Shown here one piece after another: positions 29,546 through 39,223 of a stretch of DNA of 64,000 bases; the stretch's first letter is position 1, and every line of letters begins with the position of its first letter. Made by a program: the position numbers and the translations under genes. The notes under the pieces were generated by a model. That model had not been told where the DNA came from. It saw only the letters and a program-made list of their open reading frames with translations, and did not search any database. This stretch comes from an uncultured Lentimicrobiaceae bacterium (lineage in GTDB: Bacteria > Bacteroidota > Bacteroidia > Bacteroidales > JAGONC01): positions 7,456-71,455 of the forward strand of contig CAZVNP010000001.1 in assembly GCA_964628285.1 (NCBI GenBank), written 5' to 3'.

Positions 29546-30523
29546 ATGACACTCATCCTCAACCGTAACGATGTCATGTCAGTTCTTACGATGAAGGATT
29601 GCATGGACGTGGTGGAAAGGGCTTTTGCCGAGCACACCGGCGGGACAGCCGTTCTTCCGCTGCGGACGACCATTGTGCCTGGCGACGGTGTTTCGCTGTA
29701 CATGCCGGCTTACCTGAAAAACATGAAGGCGCTGGCGTGCAAGGTAGTCACTGTCTTCAAGGATAACCCGGCGCGTTTCAATCTTCCGGTTGTCATCGGC
29801 AAGGTCCTTTTGCAGGATCCCGACAGCGGTGATGTGCTCTGCATCATGGACGGAGGGTACCTCACGGCCGTGCGCACGGGTGCTGCCAGCGGGGTGGCGA
29901 CGAAGTACCTGGCACGGCGTGACAAGGGTCAGGTTGCCGCCATTTTCGGCAGCGGTGTGCAGGCCCGGCAGCAACTGCTGGCCGTGGCTGTCGCACGCAA
30001 ATTATCCAGGGCTGTCATTTATGATATCTCCAAAGAAGCCATGGACAAGTTCATCGCTGACCTCAGCCCTGCTGTGGATTTTAAGATCACCAAAGCGTCT
30101 TCCCCCGACGAGGCCCTTCAGGCCGACATCATCTGCACCGCCTCATCGTCGGCAACACCCGTTTTCGACGGTCATAAGGTCAGACCCGGCACCCATATCA
30201 ACGGTATCGGGAGCCATACTCCCACGGCACGTGAGCTGGACAGTACCATCGTCAGCCGCTCCAAATTTATCGGTGATTCGCGCGAAGCCTGCTTCGGCGA
30301 AGCAGGTGATATCATCATACCCGTAAGGGAAGGCGTCATCAGCAAATCACACTTCTATGCCGAGCTGGGGGAGATCATCACAGGAAAGAAAAAAGGACGT
30401 ACCGGCGATCAGGAGATCACCCTCTTCAAATCGAACGGCTTGGCCATACAGGACACCGCCACGGCCAAACTGGTTTATGATAAAGCAGTGGCCGCCGGCA
30501 TCGGCACGAACATACCGATTTGA
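29546..30523 (+). CDS. Ornithine cyclodeaminase / mu-crystallin family protein
   Basis: 325 aa. LTAVRTGAASGVATKYLAR and the NAD-binding GSGVQA motif. Confidence 0.9.
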   Translation: MTLILNRNDVMSVLTMKDCMDVVERAFAEHTGGTAVLPLRTTIVPGDGVSLYMPAYLKNMKALACKVVTVFKDNPARFNLPVVIGKVLLQDPDSGDVLCIMDGGYLTAVRTGAASGVATKYLARRDKGQVAAIFGSGVQARQQLLAVAVARKLSRAVIYDISKEAMDKFIADLSPAVDFKITKASSPDEALQADIICTASSSATPVFDGHKVRPGTHINGIGSHTPTARELDSTIVSRSKFIGDSREACFGEAGDIIIPVREGVISKSHFYAELGEIITGKKKGRTGDQEITLFKSNGLAIQDTATAKLVYDKAVAAGIGTNIPI

Positions 30524-30603
30524 CCCGAAACCCGGCCTGACGGCAGGCAGGCTGTAACCTGTAACCCGCAACGGGTCATTCATGCCATATGGAACCTTTC
30601 AGG

Positions 30604-33291
30604 TTACAGGTAATCCCTGAAGTCTTTCTTCTTCTGCAGCTTCATTTCCTGAAGCAAGGGGGCTTTGGCATTGATGGAGAAGTTCCAGCTTTTCTGAATG
30701 CCTATGGGTATCCAGTTAAATCGCATCTCCCAGCAATGCAGATCTCGATAAAAACTGACCGACGTATAGGAGAGACCACCGTTTTCAAAATCATAACCCG
30801 ACATGAATCCTATCTTCCATTTTGGGGTGATGTTGACATCGCCGCTGAAAGAGAGCGTCTGCACCACACTGTTTTGCACACTATGCGTGGTGGTGGCATA
30901 TTGCCGCAAAAGCCGCAGGTGATATGACACATGCAGGTTCCAGGGATTATTCCAGTTGATGAATTCACCGGGTTCCGACAGGATCTGTTCCAGCTCAGCC
31001 TGCCCCCCGGGAGTGGTGGGCTCCGGCGGTGGCGGAGTTTTCTTTGCTTTTGAAGAAATGTTCCAGCCAAGACTGAAATCCCAGCTGGTGTTGTTAAACC
31101 TCAGAAGCTTATGGTTTTTCTTCCATTGGAAAGTGTTGATGCGGGCGCCTGTCGAATCATTTATGGCATAAAGATCCCATGTCCCCGCAAACTGGATGTC
31201 GAAGACCTTGAAAAGGGTCGTCCTCCCGGTCATTGAAACGGGAGCCCACTGCAACGAATCCTTAGCCAGGTCATAGGAGGTTGAGATAGCAAAATAGTCG
31301 ATCAGGGTGATCTTTTTGGTGCCCGTCAGGGTATCCTTTCTTGATCTGACCTTGATCTCAAGGTTGTTCGCCAGGTTAAAGAAAACATTCCCCGACCGGC
31401 CGTCAGGAGGGGTGCCATAAAGAGAATTGGCATAAACGGAATAATGGGTGCTGTCGGTTCCGGCGGAGTTGGTATACACATATTTCCAGTAACCCAGTTT
31501 TTCGCTGCCGAAGTCGGGCCTCAGAGTCAGGCTCACCGAAGGGGTCAGCACATGCCTGATGCCCCTGATCGGCCCCTTTTTGAACTGTATCAATCCATAT
31601 AGTTTGGTGGTCAGCGAGGAGGTGAAATTGAATTCGTGAACGGCCTGAAATCCGTAAATGGTATCATTGACCTGATGACCGAAAGTGGTGTCCTGACCCG
31701 TTATGATCGTATCGTTAACCCACAATTTTTCAATTTTCTGGGAATACCAGCGGCCGGTATAATTAAAGGAATTGGTCAGATTAAAGTATTTGAGTACCCT
31801 CACCGAACTGGAAACAGGGATGCTATGCCTTATACCGTTTTTAAAAAGATTGAATGTTCCGGGCTTAAATAACAAAGAATCAGTGGTGCTGATGTTGTTC
31901 TGCGCGGTCATGGCATAACTGACGCTGATGTTTTCGTACCATTTGATTTTGCCTACCCTGTTTCTGCTTCTAAGGGGATAAAAACGGTCAATGGTGAACA
32001 TCACACTGGGGAGTGTCAGATCGACGGTATGATTATTAATATTCTGCGAGTGATTTAGACTGGTTGTCAGATGGTACTTACCCGCCCACGTTTTTTGATA
32101 GGAGATGGATGATTGAAAAGTATTTGTCAGAAAGTCCTGGGTGCTGACAGGGTTGTAAACGTTATATGAATTGCTGACTATGTTGACGTTGGCTGAAAAA
32201 GAGCTGTTCAGCATGGATTTGGGATCCTGGTAATGCGACCACCGGATGGCAAATGACCTGTCCTTTCGGAACTCCGGTGTCCCCAGATCACCGAACTTAT
32301 TGATGGCATAACTGAAGTTGACGGAGCCTCCGTATTTATAGCGTTTCTTATAATTGACAGTGGGTTTGACAGCCCAACTGCCCCGGGTGTAAATATCACC
32401 CCTGAGTGTCAGATCAAAGTAATCGCTGATACCCCAGTAATATCCTCCGTTTTCAAGAAAAAAGCCACGGTTGGCCGATTCGCCGTATGTGGGGATGATG
32501 ATGCCTGAGGTGCGGCCCCTGAATATGGGGAACAGACCGAAAGGGATGGCCAGAGGTATCGGCACATCTTCGATGACCATCCATGCCGGACCCGTTACCA
32601 CCTTATTATCCGGGATGATCTTGGCCTTGTTGAATCGCATTTCAAAATGAGGATGTGGCAGATCGCAGGTGGTGTAGCTGCCCGATTTAATGTTGACGAC
32701 CTCATCGGGTAACCTTTTTACGGTGGTGCCATGGATATAACCCTCACCCTGCTTGGTCATGACCCCTTTAATCAGACCTTTCTTGGTGTCGAAGTTATAG
32801 TGCATCTCCCTGGAGGTAAAGCTTTGTTCGCCTTCGGTAAAGACCGGAGCACCAATTTCCTTCTTTAACGAATCGAGCAGAAAAGTGGCATAAAGGGTGC
32901 TGGATGAAAAATCAATTTCAATGTATGCTGCCTTAAGGTTGGTTTTTTCATAGGTGATCTCCGCATTGCCATACAAAAAAGCTTTTTGATCCTGTATATC
33001 AAATATGATCGAATCGTTGGCCTGATAATCCACCTTGGCCTCAAGGCGGTATTTTTCGGTTTTACTGCCGGTGGTGTCTGAGATCACTGTATGGGTGACG
33101 ACGCCGAGGGTATCGCGTTGGAGAACCTGTACCGTATCCTGACTTGCCGCCCTAAGACAAATCATTATGACCGAGGTGATCATAAAAGAAATGACGGCAG
33201 GGCGGTTTGTTAAAAAAAAAGTCAACAATTTGCTGCGATATAAATAAATACGATCTTCAATCTGTTTAATTTTGTTTATGTCCGATGACAA
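30604..33291 (-). CDS. Bacteroidota LptD-like putative LPS-assembly outer-membrane protein
   Basis: About 895 aa, with an N-terminal OstA-like beta-jellyroll segment (AKVDYQANDSIIFDIQDQKAFLYGNAEITYE) and a long beta-barrel-like remainder. The start is uncertain: TTG at 33291 or ATG at 33183. Confidence 0.72.
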   Translation of the reverse strand: MSSDINKIKQIEDRIYLYRSKLLTFFLTNRPAVISFMITSVIMICLRAASQDTVQVLQRDTLGVVTHTVISDTTGSKTEKYRLEAKVDYQANDSIIFDIQDQKAFLYGNAEITYEKTNLKAAYIEIDFSSSTLYATFLLDSLKKEIGAPVFTEGEQSFTSREMHYNFDTKKGLIKGVMTKQGEGYIHGTTVKRLPDEVVNIKSGSYTTCDLPHPHFEMRFNKAKIIPDNKVVTGPAWMVIEDVPIPLAIPFGLFPIFRGRTSGIIIPTYGESANRGFFLENGGYYWGISDYFDLTLRGDIYTRGSWAVKPTVNYKKRYKYGGSVNFSYAINKFGDLGTPEFRKDRSFAIRWSHYQDPKSMLNSSFSANVNIVSNSYNVYNPVSTQDFLTNTFQSSISYQKTWAGKYHLTTSLNHSQNINNHTVDLTLPSVMFTIDRFYPLRSRNRVGKIKWYENISVSYAMTAQNNISTTDSLLFKPGTFNLFKNGIRHSIPVSSSVRVLKYFNLTNSFNYTGRWYSQKIEKLWVNDTIITGQDTTFGHQVNDTIYGFQAVHEFNFTSSLTTKLYGLIQFKKGPIRGIRHVLTPSVSLTLRPDFGSEKLGYWKYVYTNSAGTDSTHYSVYANSLYGTPPDGRSGNVFFNLANNLEIKVRSRKDTLTGTKKITLIDYFAISTSYDLAKDSLQWAPVSMTGRTTLFKVFDIQFAGTWDLYAINDSTGARINTFQWKKNHKLLRFNNTSWDFSLGWNISSKAKKTPPPPEPTTPGGQAELEQILSEPGEFINWNNPWNLHVSYHLRLLRQYATTTHSVQNSVVQTLSFSGDVNITPKWKIGFMSGYDFENGGLSYTSVSFYRDLHCWEMRFNWIPIGIQKSWNFSINAKAPLLQEMKLQKKKDFRDYL

Positions 33292-33396
33292 TAAGCCCTC
33301 CTGACCATAGTTAACATAGAGAGGGCCACTCCGTTGTCGGCATACAGGTTTTTATGAGGATTATTTCCTCAAAACTAATGAAAATCCATGTTTTAA

Positions 33397-34491
33397 GTGA
33401 AACGCTTGATTTTATTTTTTGGTATAGCCTGTCAAGTGTTACTTCTTTCGACTGCAGGGTATGGTCAGCTGACCATCAATACGGTCGTTATTGATGCCGG
33501 TCATGGCGGTCATGATCCGGGCGCCATGGGCAGACATTCAAGGGAAAAAGATATCACACTGGCTGTCGCCCTGAAAACAGGCAATTATATCCGGCAAAAT
33601 ATGACCGATGTGAAGGTGATCTTTACCAGGACCTCCGACATGTTTGTCGAGCTTTACAAGCGGGCTCAGATAGCCAACGATAACCGGGCCGACCTTTTTA
33701 TTTCGATACACTGCAACTCAAACCGTTCTTCATCACCTTATGGCACAGAGACTTATGTCATGGGCCTACACAAAACCCAGGAGAATCTGGAAGTGGCCAA
33801 AAAGGAAAACTCGGCCATTTTACAGGAGAAAAATTATGCCGACATGTATGAGGGTTTCGATCCCAATTCGGATGAGGATTATGTGACTCTGTCGTTGTTT
33901 CAGCATGCTTTTCAGGAACAGAGCATAGATATGGCCATAAAGATACAGGATCAGTTTCGCGACAGGGCAAAACGTGTTGACAGGGGAGTGAAACAGGCGG
34001 GTTTCCTGGTCCTTTACCGTACCACGATGCCCGGCATCCTCATTGAGACAGGCTTCCTGAGCAACCCGCCGGAAGAGCAATTCCTTCTTTCGGATCAGGG
34101 ACAGGATTATATCGCCTCCGCCATTTACAGGGCTTTCAGAGAGTTCAAAAACGAATATGAAAAAGCCAACCAGTTGCCCCAACCTCTCGTTAAGCAAAGC
34201 GATACCCCGGCATCCCACGACGACCTGAGTTTCAGGGTTCAGTTTGCCTCTTTTTCCAAACCCAAATCCAGGGATTATAAAAAATTCAGGGGCATCAAAG
34301 ATGTCAGGGAATATTATCACGACGGACTCTATAAATATACGGCAGGTGATGAAAAGAATCCCGACGATGCCGATGCGCTGAAAAAACAACTCATCGGCAG
34401 AGGATACAAGGACGTCTTTATCGTCGCTTTCCTTAACGGCCAAAGGATCAGTATGGAGGAAGCCTTAAAATTGTTGAATCAATCGAAGTGA
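33397..34491 (+). CDS. N-acetylmuramoyl-L-alanine amidase (Amidase_3) with a C-terminal SPOR domain
   Basis: GTG start and signal peptide. VVIDAGHGGHDPGA and SIHCNS are amidase_3 motifs. The C-terminal SPOR reads FRVQFASF..GLYKYTAG..GYKDVFIVAF. Confidence 0.9.
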   Translation: MKRLILFFGIACQVLLLSTAGYGQLTINTVVIDAGHGGHDPGAMGRHSREKDITLAVALKTGNYIRQNMTDVKVIFTRTSDMFVELYKRAQIANDNRADLFISIHCNSNRSSSPYGTETYVMGLHKTQENLEVAKKENSAILQEKNYADMYEGFDPNSDEDYVTLSLFQHAFQEQSIDMAIKIQDQFRDRAKRVDRGVKQAGFLVLYRTTMPGILIETGFLSNPPEEQFLLSDQGQDYIASAIYRAFREFKNEYEKANQLPQPLVKQSDTPASHDDLSFRVQFASFSKPKSRDYKKFRGIKDVREYYHDGLYKYTAGDEKNPDDADALKKQLIGRGYKDVFIVAFLNGQRISMEEALKLLNQSK

Positions 34492-34515
34492 CCGTTTCAT
34501 ATCTTCCTTTCGACA

Positions 34516-35253
34516 TTGAAAACAGCCCGTGAATACAGAACGGGGCTTCTCGCAGCATTAGCCCTTATCATCTTTCTGACGGCCATGGTGTTTCTTAAAA
34601 CCGGCCTTGGCAAGCACCGGCGTCAGCCCTATTTTCTGACCACCGAATCCCTGACGGGCATCGCCCCCAATGACAAAGTTCTTCTGGACGGCAGGGAAAT
34701 AGGCTATATAGATGAATACCGCCTGCTGCCAGGTCATTCAAAAGCCATGGTCAAAATGATGATCGACAAGGATGTCACCATTCCCAAAGGCATGGTCATA
34801 ACTTTCGACACCTTATCCTCGTATAAGCACGGCCGGGTGGCGATGAAATTATATGATTCAGCCATGCTGGCCCGTAAGGCATTACGGGAACAAATCGAAC
34901 AGGCCACAATGATGCTGGATACTATGGAACAACAATTAGTTATGCCTGAAACCCTTGCAGATAATGGACATGAAGTGGACAACCTTGGTGACGACACGGT
35001 GTTCCAGGTTCAGATAGGTGCCTTCAGGGTTAAAAAACCGCTGTCGCTCTTCAGCCGTTCCGATGGGATTATTCTTCAGGAACACCTTGAAGAGGGTTTT
35101 TACAAATATACGCTTGGTTGCACGCCTTCGTATGAGCAAGCCATGGCATGGAGAGATAAGCTGGTTGAAGAGGGTTATAAAGACGCTTTTGTTGTCGCAT
35201 ACCTCTCGGGCAGTCGAATTTCGGTGGATCATGGCGTTAAAATAAGGAAATAA
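34516..35253 (+). CDS. Membrane-anchored MCE/MlaD-like domain fused to a SPOR domain
   Basis: TTG start and an N-terminal TM helix. The MCE-like core reads YFLTTESLTGIAPNDKVLLDGREIGYIDEY..AMVKMMIDKDVTIPKG. The C-terminal SPOR reads FQVQIGAF..GFYKYTLG..GYKDAFVVAY. Confidence 0.68.
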   Translation: MKTAREYRTGLLAALALIIFLTAMVFLKTGLGKHRRQPYFLTTESLTGIAPNDKVLLDGREIGYIDEYRLLPGHSKAMVKMMIDKDVTIPKGMVITFDTLSSYKHGRVAMKLYDSAMLARKALREQIEQATMMLDTMEQQLVMPETLADNGHEVDNLGDDTVFQVQIGAFRVKKPLSLFSRSDGIILQEHLEEGFYKYTLGCTPSYEQAMAWRDKLVEEGYKDAFVVAYLSGSRISVDHGVKIRK

Positions 35254-35289
35254 CATTACTTTTGTAACATAGTGATAAGCTGATGTGTT

Positions 35290-36285
35290 GTGAAAATTTC
35301 TCGTGAAGTAAAAATTGGGGCTGTTTTTATTGTTACTCTCGCTTTCCTGATATGGGGACTGAATTTTCTTAAAGGGAAAAATGTCTTTTCCCGGCAACGC
35401 GTCTTTTATGCTATTTATGACAGGGTGGATGGACTGGTAACGGCCAATCCCGTCAATGTCAATGGGATGAAGATAGGTCAGGTCAGCGACCTGTATTTCG
35501 CCAGTGACAGCTCAGCGCGTATCGTAGTCAAATTAGCCGTTAAAAGTGACCTCCTCATCCCTGATAACTCCATTGCGCGCATTTACTCGGAAGATCTCAT
35601 GGGCGATAAAGCCATCGCCATTGTCCTGGGCACCTCAAAACGATATGCCCAAAGCGGCGATACGTTGAAAAATGAAATTGAGGAAAGCCTGAAGGAAGAG
35701 GTCAACAAACAGGTCCTGCCCATCAAAAAAAAGGCCGAAGACCTTATTTCTTCCATTGATTCCCTTGTCGGTGTGATCCAGTATGTTTTTAATGCCGAGA
35801 TGCGTGCGGATCTGATTGCCAGCGTGAGAAGCATCAAACAGACCATCGGCCATCTCGAGACAACATCCCAGGTGATCGACACACTGGTGCAGACACAGCA
35901 ATCACGTTTTGCGACAATCATTGCCAACATCACCTCCATCACCGATAACCTGAATAACAACAATGAGGACATTTCACGGATCATACATAATTTCTCGGCT
36001 ATCAGCGATACCATCGCACGGGCCCGGGTCTCGGAGACCTTGAAAAACACCAACCAGACCCTTAAAGATGTTTCGACGGTGCTGACCAAAATTGACCGTG
36101 GGGAAGGTACCCTTGGCATGCTGATCAACGATGACAGCCTGTATGTCCATCTGAACTCTTCTGCTCGGGATCTGGACATGCTGTTGAGAGATATCCGCAT
36201 GGATCCCAACCGGTACGTTCATTTCTCTATTTTTGGGAAAAAGGATAAAGAAACTAAAAAATCCCGCGGTAAATCCTCTGAATAA
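35290..36285 (+). CDS. MlaD-family (MCE) lipid-transport protein
   Basis: GTG start with EVKIGAVFIVTLAFLIWGLNFLKG. The MCE core reads YAIYDRVDGLVTANPVNVNGMKIGQVSDL, followed by a long helical C-terminus. Confidence 0.85.
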   Translation: MKISREVKIGAVFIVTLAFLIWGLNFLKGKNVFSRQRVFYAIYDRVDGLVTANPVNVNGMKIGQVSDLYFASDSSARIVVKLAVKSDLLIPDNSIARIYSEDLMGDKAIAIVLGTSKRYAQSGDTLKNEIEESLKEEVNKQVLPIKKKAEDLISSIDSLVGVIQYVFNAEMRADLIASVRSIKQTIGHLETTSQVIDTLVQTQQSRFATIIANITSITDNLNNNNEDISRIIHNFSAISDTIARARVSETLKNTNQTLKDVSTVLTKIDRGEGTLGMLINDDSLYVHLNSSARDLDMLLRDIRMDPNRYVHFSIFGKKDKETKKSRGKSSE

Positions 36286-36299
36286 CGATCAATCCCCTT

Positions 36300-37841
36300 C
36301 TATCTGAAAAAAATTTCATATTTATTGGACGGCCGCTTGCTTTCCATCCATTTAAATCCTTTAAGTAAAAGATCCTGTGGACTGATATCATTGGGGGGAT
36401 AGAGGGTTTCAACGGGCTTGTCGATATAAGCGATGCGATGTATTTTTTTATTTGATAAAAGAATGATCATGTTACCGGCAATGGCCTTGTTGATTCCTGT
36501 CAGCGATCCGTCATCCTCTCTCACATAATAGATGGTTTCAGCATTTGATTCCACCGTTATCCTGGTCAGATCGTTATCGACAAAATACCCGATCATGTTG
36601 ATGCCACGTATCTGATTGAACTTATTGGTATCATCCTTTGCAATGATAAGGGACGTATTATATAGGATCATCCGGTCGATCTGCTTGTTTTTTATGAAGA
36701 TGCTGATCGAATCGGCCGTCAGTTGATTTTGCTCCGACCACAGAACAGGTTCATAATAAAGATTGATAATCGAATCGTTAAAATTATAATAGAGTGAGTC
36801 GCACATGCCCTGGATGTCATTTCTGAAGAACCTGGTGCGGTGGAATGCCGCGAGAGCGGTGGCATTCTGGGCGGTGTCGAAGTTGGCCTGGAGCGTGTCG
36901 GCATGCAAATAGAGCGAATCGCTGTTGGCAATAATCACGGCCACGGCACTGTCGGTGATGATGGAATGCCCCTCCTTCCGCCAGTATTCGGCATAATTAC
37001 CCTTGATGATGATATCCTGAACGGTGTCGGTTACCACAATATGATTCAATGCTTTACCGTAACCCTCCCTTTGGTCGTAATAGAGGCTGTCGCCGGTCAT
37101 GGTCTGCTCCCCGTGAATGATATAGGCATTTTTATTATACTGGGAGATGCCGTTGGTGGTGTTATACCATCCATTTTCGCAATAGATGGTTGCATCTTTG
37201 CTCCTGATGGTGGTGCGGCTGAGGAAATAGGCCGTCCTGGATACGGTGTTATACCTCAGCTTATCGGCTTTCATGGTGTAATCAGGATTGATCAGGACAA
37301 CATTTTGCTCGAAGAGAAACTCTTTTGAATCGGTAAAATAATAACCAATATCGCTGCAGAGGTCATTATCCTCATTGATGATCCGGCCACCTCCGATATA
37401 TTGTGATATCCTGTTCAAACGGTCATAAATCAGATGATCGGTATAGAGTGTCGTCTCGTGGTCCACCAGCCGCACATTCTGTAACATGTCGGCAACCTTG
37501 GTCGTTCCGTCATAGTCCAGATGGTTACCATATAAGTTCAGGGTATCGCTGGCTTTGATACGGATGTCACCGAAAGCTTCCACCCTGTTTTCATTCTCAT
37601 TCAGGTAGGCGCTGTCACAATAAAGAAAGGTGCTGTCCTGTTCAAGGATGACGTGGCCCGATAATATTTGAACTTCCCCTGTCAGCTTTCTGTTGTACCT
37701 GATCTCATCAGCCTGAATAAGCCTGATAAGAACCTGTTCCTGGGAAAAGAGTTCTCGTGGGAAGATAAAACCACACGATGACAGGATGATGAAAGCTCGC
37801 AGCCGTGTATGATGTTTGACAAATTTGACGGATTCCTTCAT
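36300..37841 (-). CDS. OstA/LptA-like repeat protein
   Basis: 513 aa with a signal peptide. It has repeated OstA-like segments (IQADEIRYN..LSGHVILEQDSTFLYCDSAYL..VEAFGDIRI). Confidence 0.72.
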   Translation of the reverse strand: MKESVKFVKHHTRLRAFIILSSCGFIFPRELFSQEQVLIRLIQADEIRYNRKLTGEVQILSGHVILEQDSTFLYCDSAYLNENENRVEAFGDIRIKASDTLNLYGNHLDYDGTTKVADMLQNVRLVDHETTLYTDHLIYDRLNRISQYIGGGRIINEDNDLCSDIGYYFTDSKEFLFEQNVVLINPDYTMKADKLRYNTVSRTAYFLSRTTIRSKDATIYCENGWYNTTNGISQYNKNAYIIHGEQTMTGDSLYYDQREGYGKALNHIVVTDTVQDIIIKGNYAEYWRKEGHSIITDSAVAVIIANSDSLYLHADTLQANFDTAQNATALAAFHRTRFFRNDIQGMCDSLYYNFNDSIINLYYEPVLWSEQNQLTADSISIFIKNKQIDRMILYNTSLIIAKDDTNKFNQIRGINMIGYFVDNDLTRITVESNAETIYYVREDDGSLTGINKAIAGNMIILLSNKKIHRIAYIDKPVETLYPPNDISPQDLLLKGFKWMESKRPSNKYEIFFR

Positions 37842-38060
37842 GTCATAACAAAGGTAAAAATAAGAGAAGAAGGCAGGACCGGAGCGTTGTATTTTAACGA
37901 TATTTAATTTGGAATATTATTTTATCTGGTCTATCTTGCAGCCCCCTTTTCCTTTGGAAGAAATTCTGCGGGAATACGTTTTGAAAGTCATTAATAATCA
38001 AAGCATAATAATTACTTCAAACCAACGTTTCGATCTGAAACCATTAAAAAATAAAGGAGG

Positions 38061-39197
38061 ATGAACATGGATAACAAGAAAGCTGACCTGGCAGGTCCAG
38101 GAATAGGTAATTATGACGATCTGGAAAAGATATTGCCGGCCGACTACAGGTCACTGCTCACACCAAAGGAGACTCAGAAAGCCATTTATGAGGTGAAGCA
38201 GTACATAGAGAAAAATTTATGCCGGGAACTTAATCTGTTCATGGTTGAAGTCCCTTTGATCGTCGACCGTGAGAGTGGTGTCAATGACCTGCTTGACCGT
38301 GACGGATCACGCACACCTGTTGAATTTTATATTTCCAACGATTACGGCAAGCATCCTGTCTATGCCCAGGTGGTACAGGCCGCCACCAAATGGAAGAGAG
38401 TGGCACTCAAACAATTCAACTGTGATGTTCATGAGGGTATCTGCACGGATATGCGTGCCGTCAGGAAGGATTATTTCCTCGATCATGACCATAGCTCTTA
38501 CGTGGACCAATGGGACTGGGAAAAGCGCATCACCTCCGCTGATCGTAACCTCGACTATCTTAAAACCGTGGTCAGGAAGATATGGAAAGTCATTACCGGC
38601 GCCGAGGAATACATTCAGGAAATGTTCCCGCAACTGAAGAACCCTAAATATCCCAATCTGCCAAAAGAACTGGTCTTTCTCCATGCCGAGGAGATCCTCG
38701 ACAAATTCCCCGATCTGCCGCGGAAGCAGCGTGAAACGGCTATCCTTCAGGAATATCCTGCCATATTTATCATCGGCATTGGCTGGACCTTAAAAGATGG
38801 CTATCCTCATGAAATGAGGGCAGCCGATTATGACGACTGGGTGACACCCACCATGTCCGACTCAGGTCAGCCCATGTACGGTCTCAATGGTGACATCCTC
38901 GTGTGGAACCCTGTCACCAAACGCCGTCATGAGCTCACATCCATGGGCATACGCGTCAACAAGGAAACCCTGAAGCAGCAACTTGAAATGACCGGACAGC
39001 TTGATTTTCTGAAAATGCCATATCATCAGGCCATCATGAATGATGCAATACCCCTGAGCATTGGCGGTGGTATAGGTCAGTCCCGCACGGTGATGTATCT
39101 CCTCAGAAAGGCTCACCTCGGCGAAGTCAGCGTCACGGTGTGGCCTAGGATACTTAAAGACATGTGCACAAAGAAAAACATCTTTATCCTGGAATAA
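38061..39197 (+). CDS. asnA: Aspartate-ammonia ligase (asparagine synthetase A)
   Basis: ETQKAIYEVKQYIEKNL, the class II aaRS-like core and a GGGIGQSR motif. The alternative ATG at 38067 sits 6 nt after an AAGGAGG. Confidence 0.92.
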   Translation: MNMDNKKADLAGPGIGNYDDLEKILPADYRSLLTPKETQKAIYEVKQYIEKNLCRELNLFMVEVPLIVDRESGVNDLLDRDGSRTPVEFYISNDYGKHPVYAQVVQAATKWKRVALKQFNCDVHEGICTDMRAVRKDYFLDHDHSSYVDQWDWEKRITSADRNLDYLKTVVRKIWKVITGAEEYIQEMFPQLKNPKYPNLPKELVFLHAEEILDKFPDLPRKQRETAILQEYPAIFIIGIGWTLKDGYPHEMRAADYDDWVTPTMSDSGQPMYGLNGDILVWNPVTKRRHELTSMGIRVNKETLKQQLEMTGQLDFLKMPYHQAIMNDAIPLSIGGGIGQSRTVMYLLRKAHLGEVSVTVWPRILKDMCTKKNIFILE

Positions 39198-39223
39198 CAG
39201 AATGTACTGATCACAGTGACGAC

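Noticed and set aside
30552-30609. 10-nt inverted repeat CTGTAACCTG / CAGGTTACAG, with an inner ACCCG-CAA-CGGGT hairpin, between the convergent OCD-family and LptD-like genes
   Set aside because: The outer arms are 38 nt apart and the second arm overlaps the LptD-like stop codon. At most this is a weak convergent terminator structure, with nothing beyond that.
33820-34443. 207-aa ORF antisense to the amidase-SPOR gene, and 208-aa ORF at 35583-36209 antisense to mlaD
   Set aside because: The sense-strand genes have clear domain signatures. The antisense products have none.
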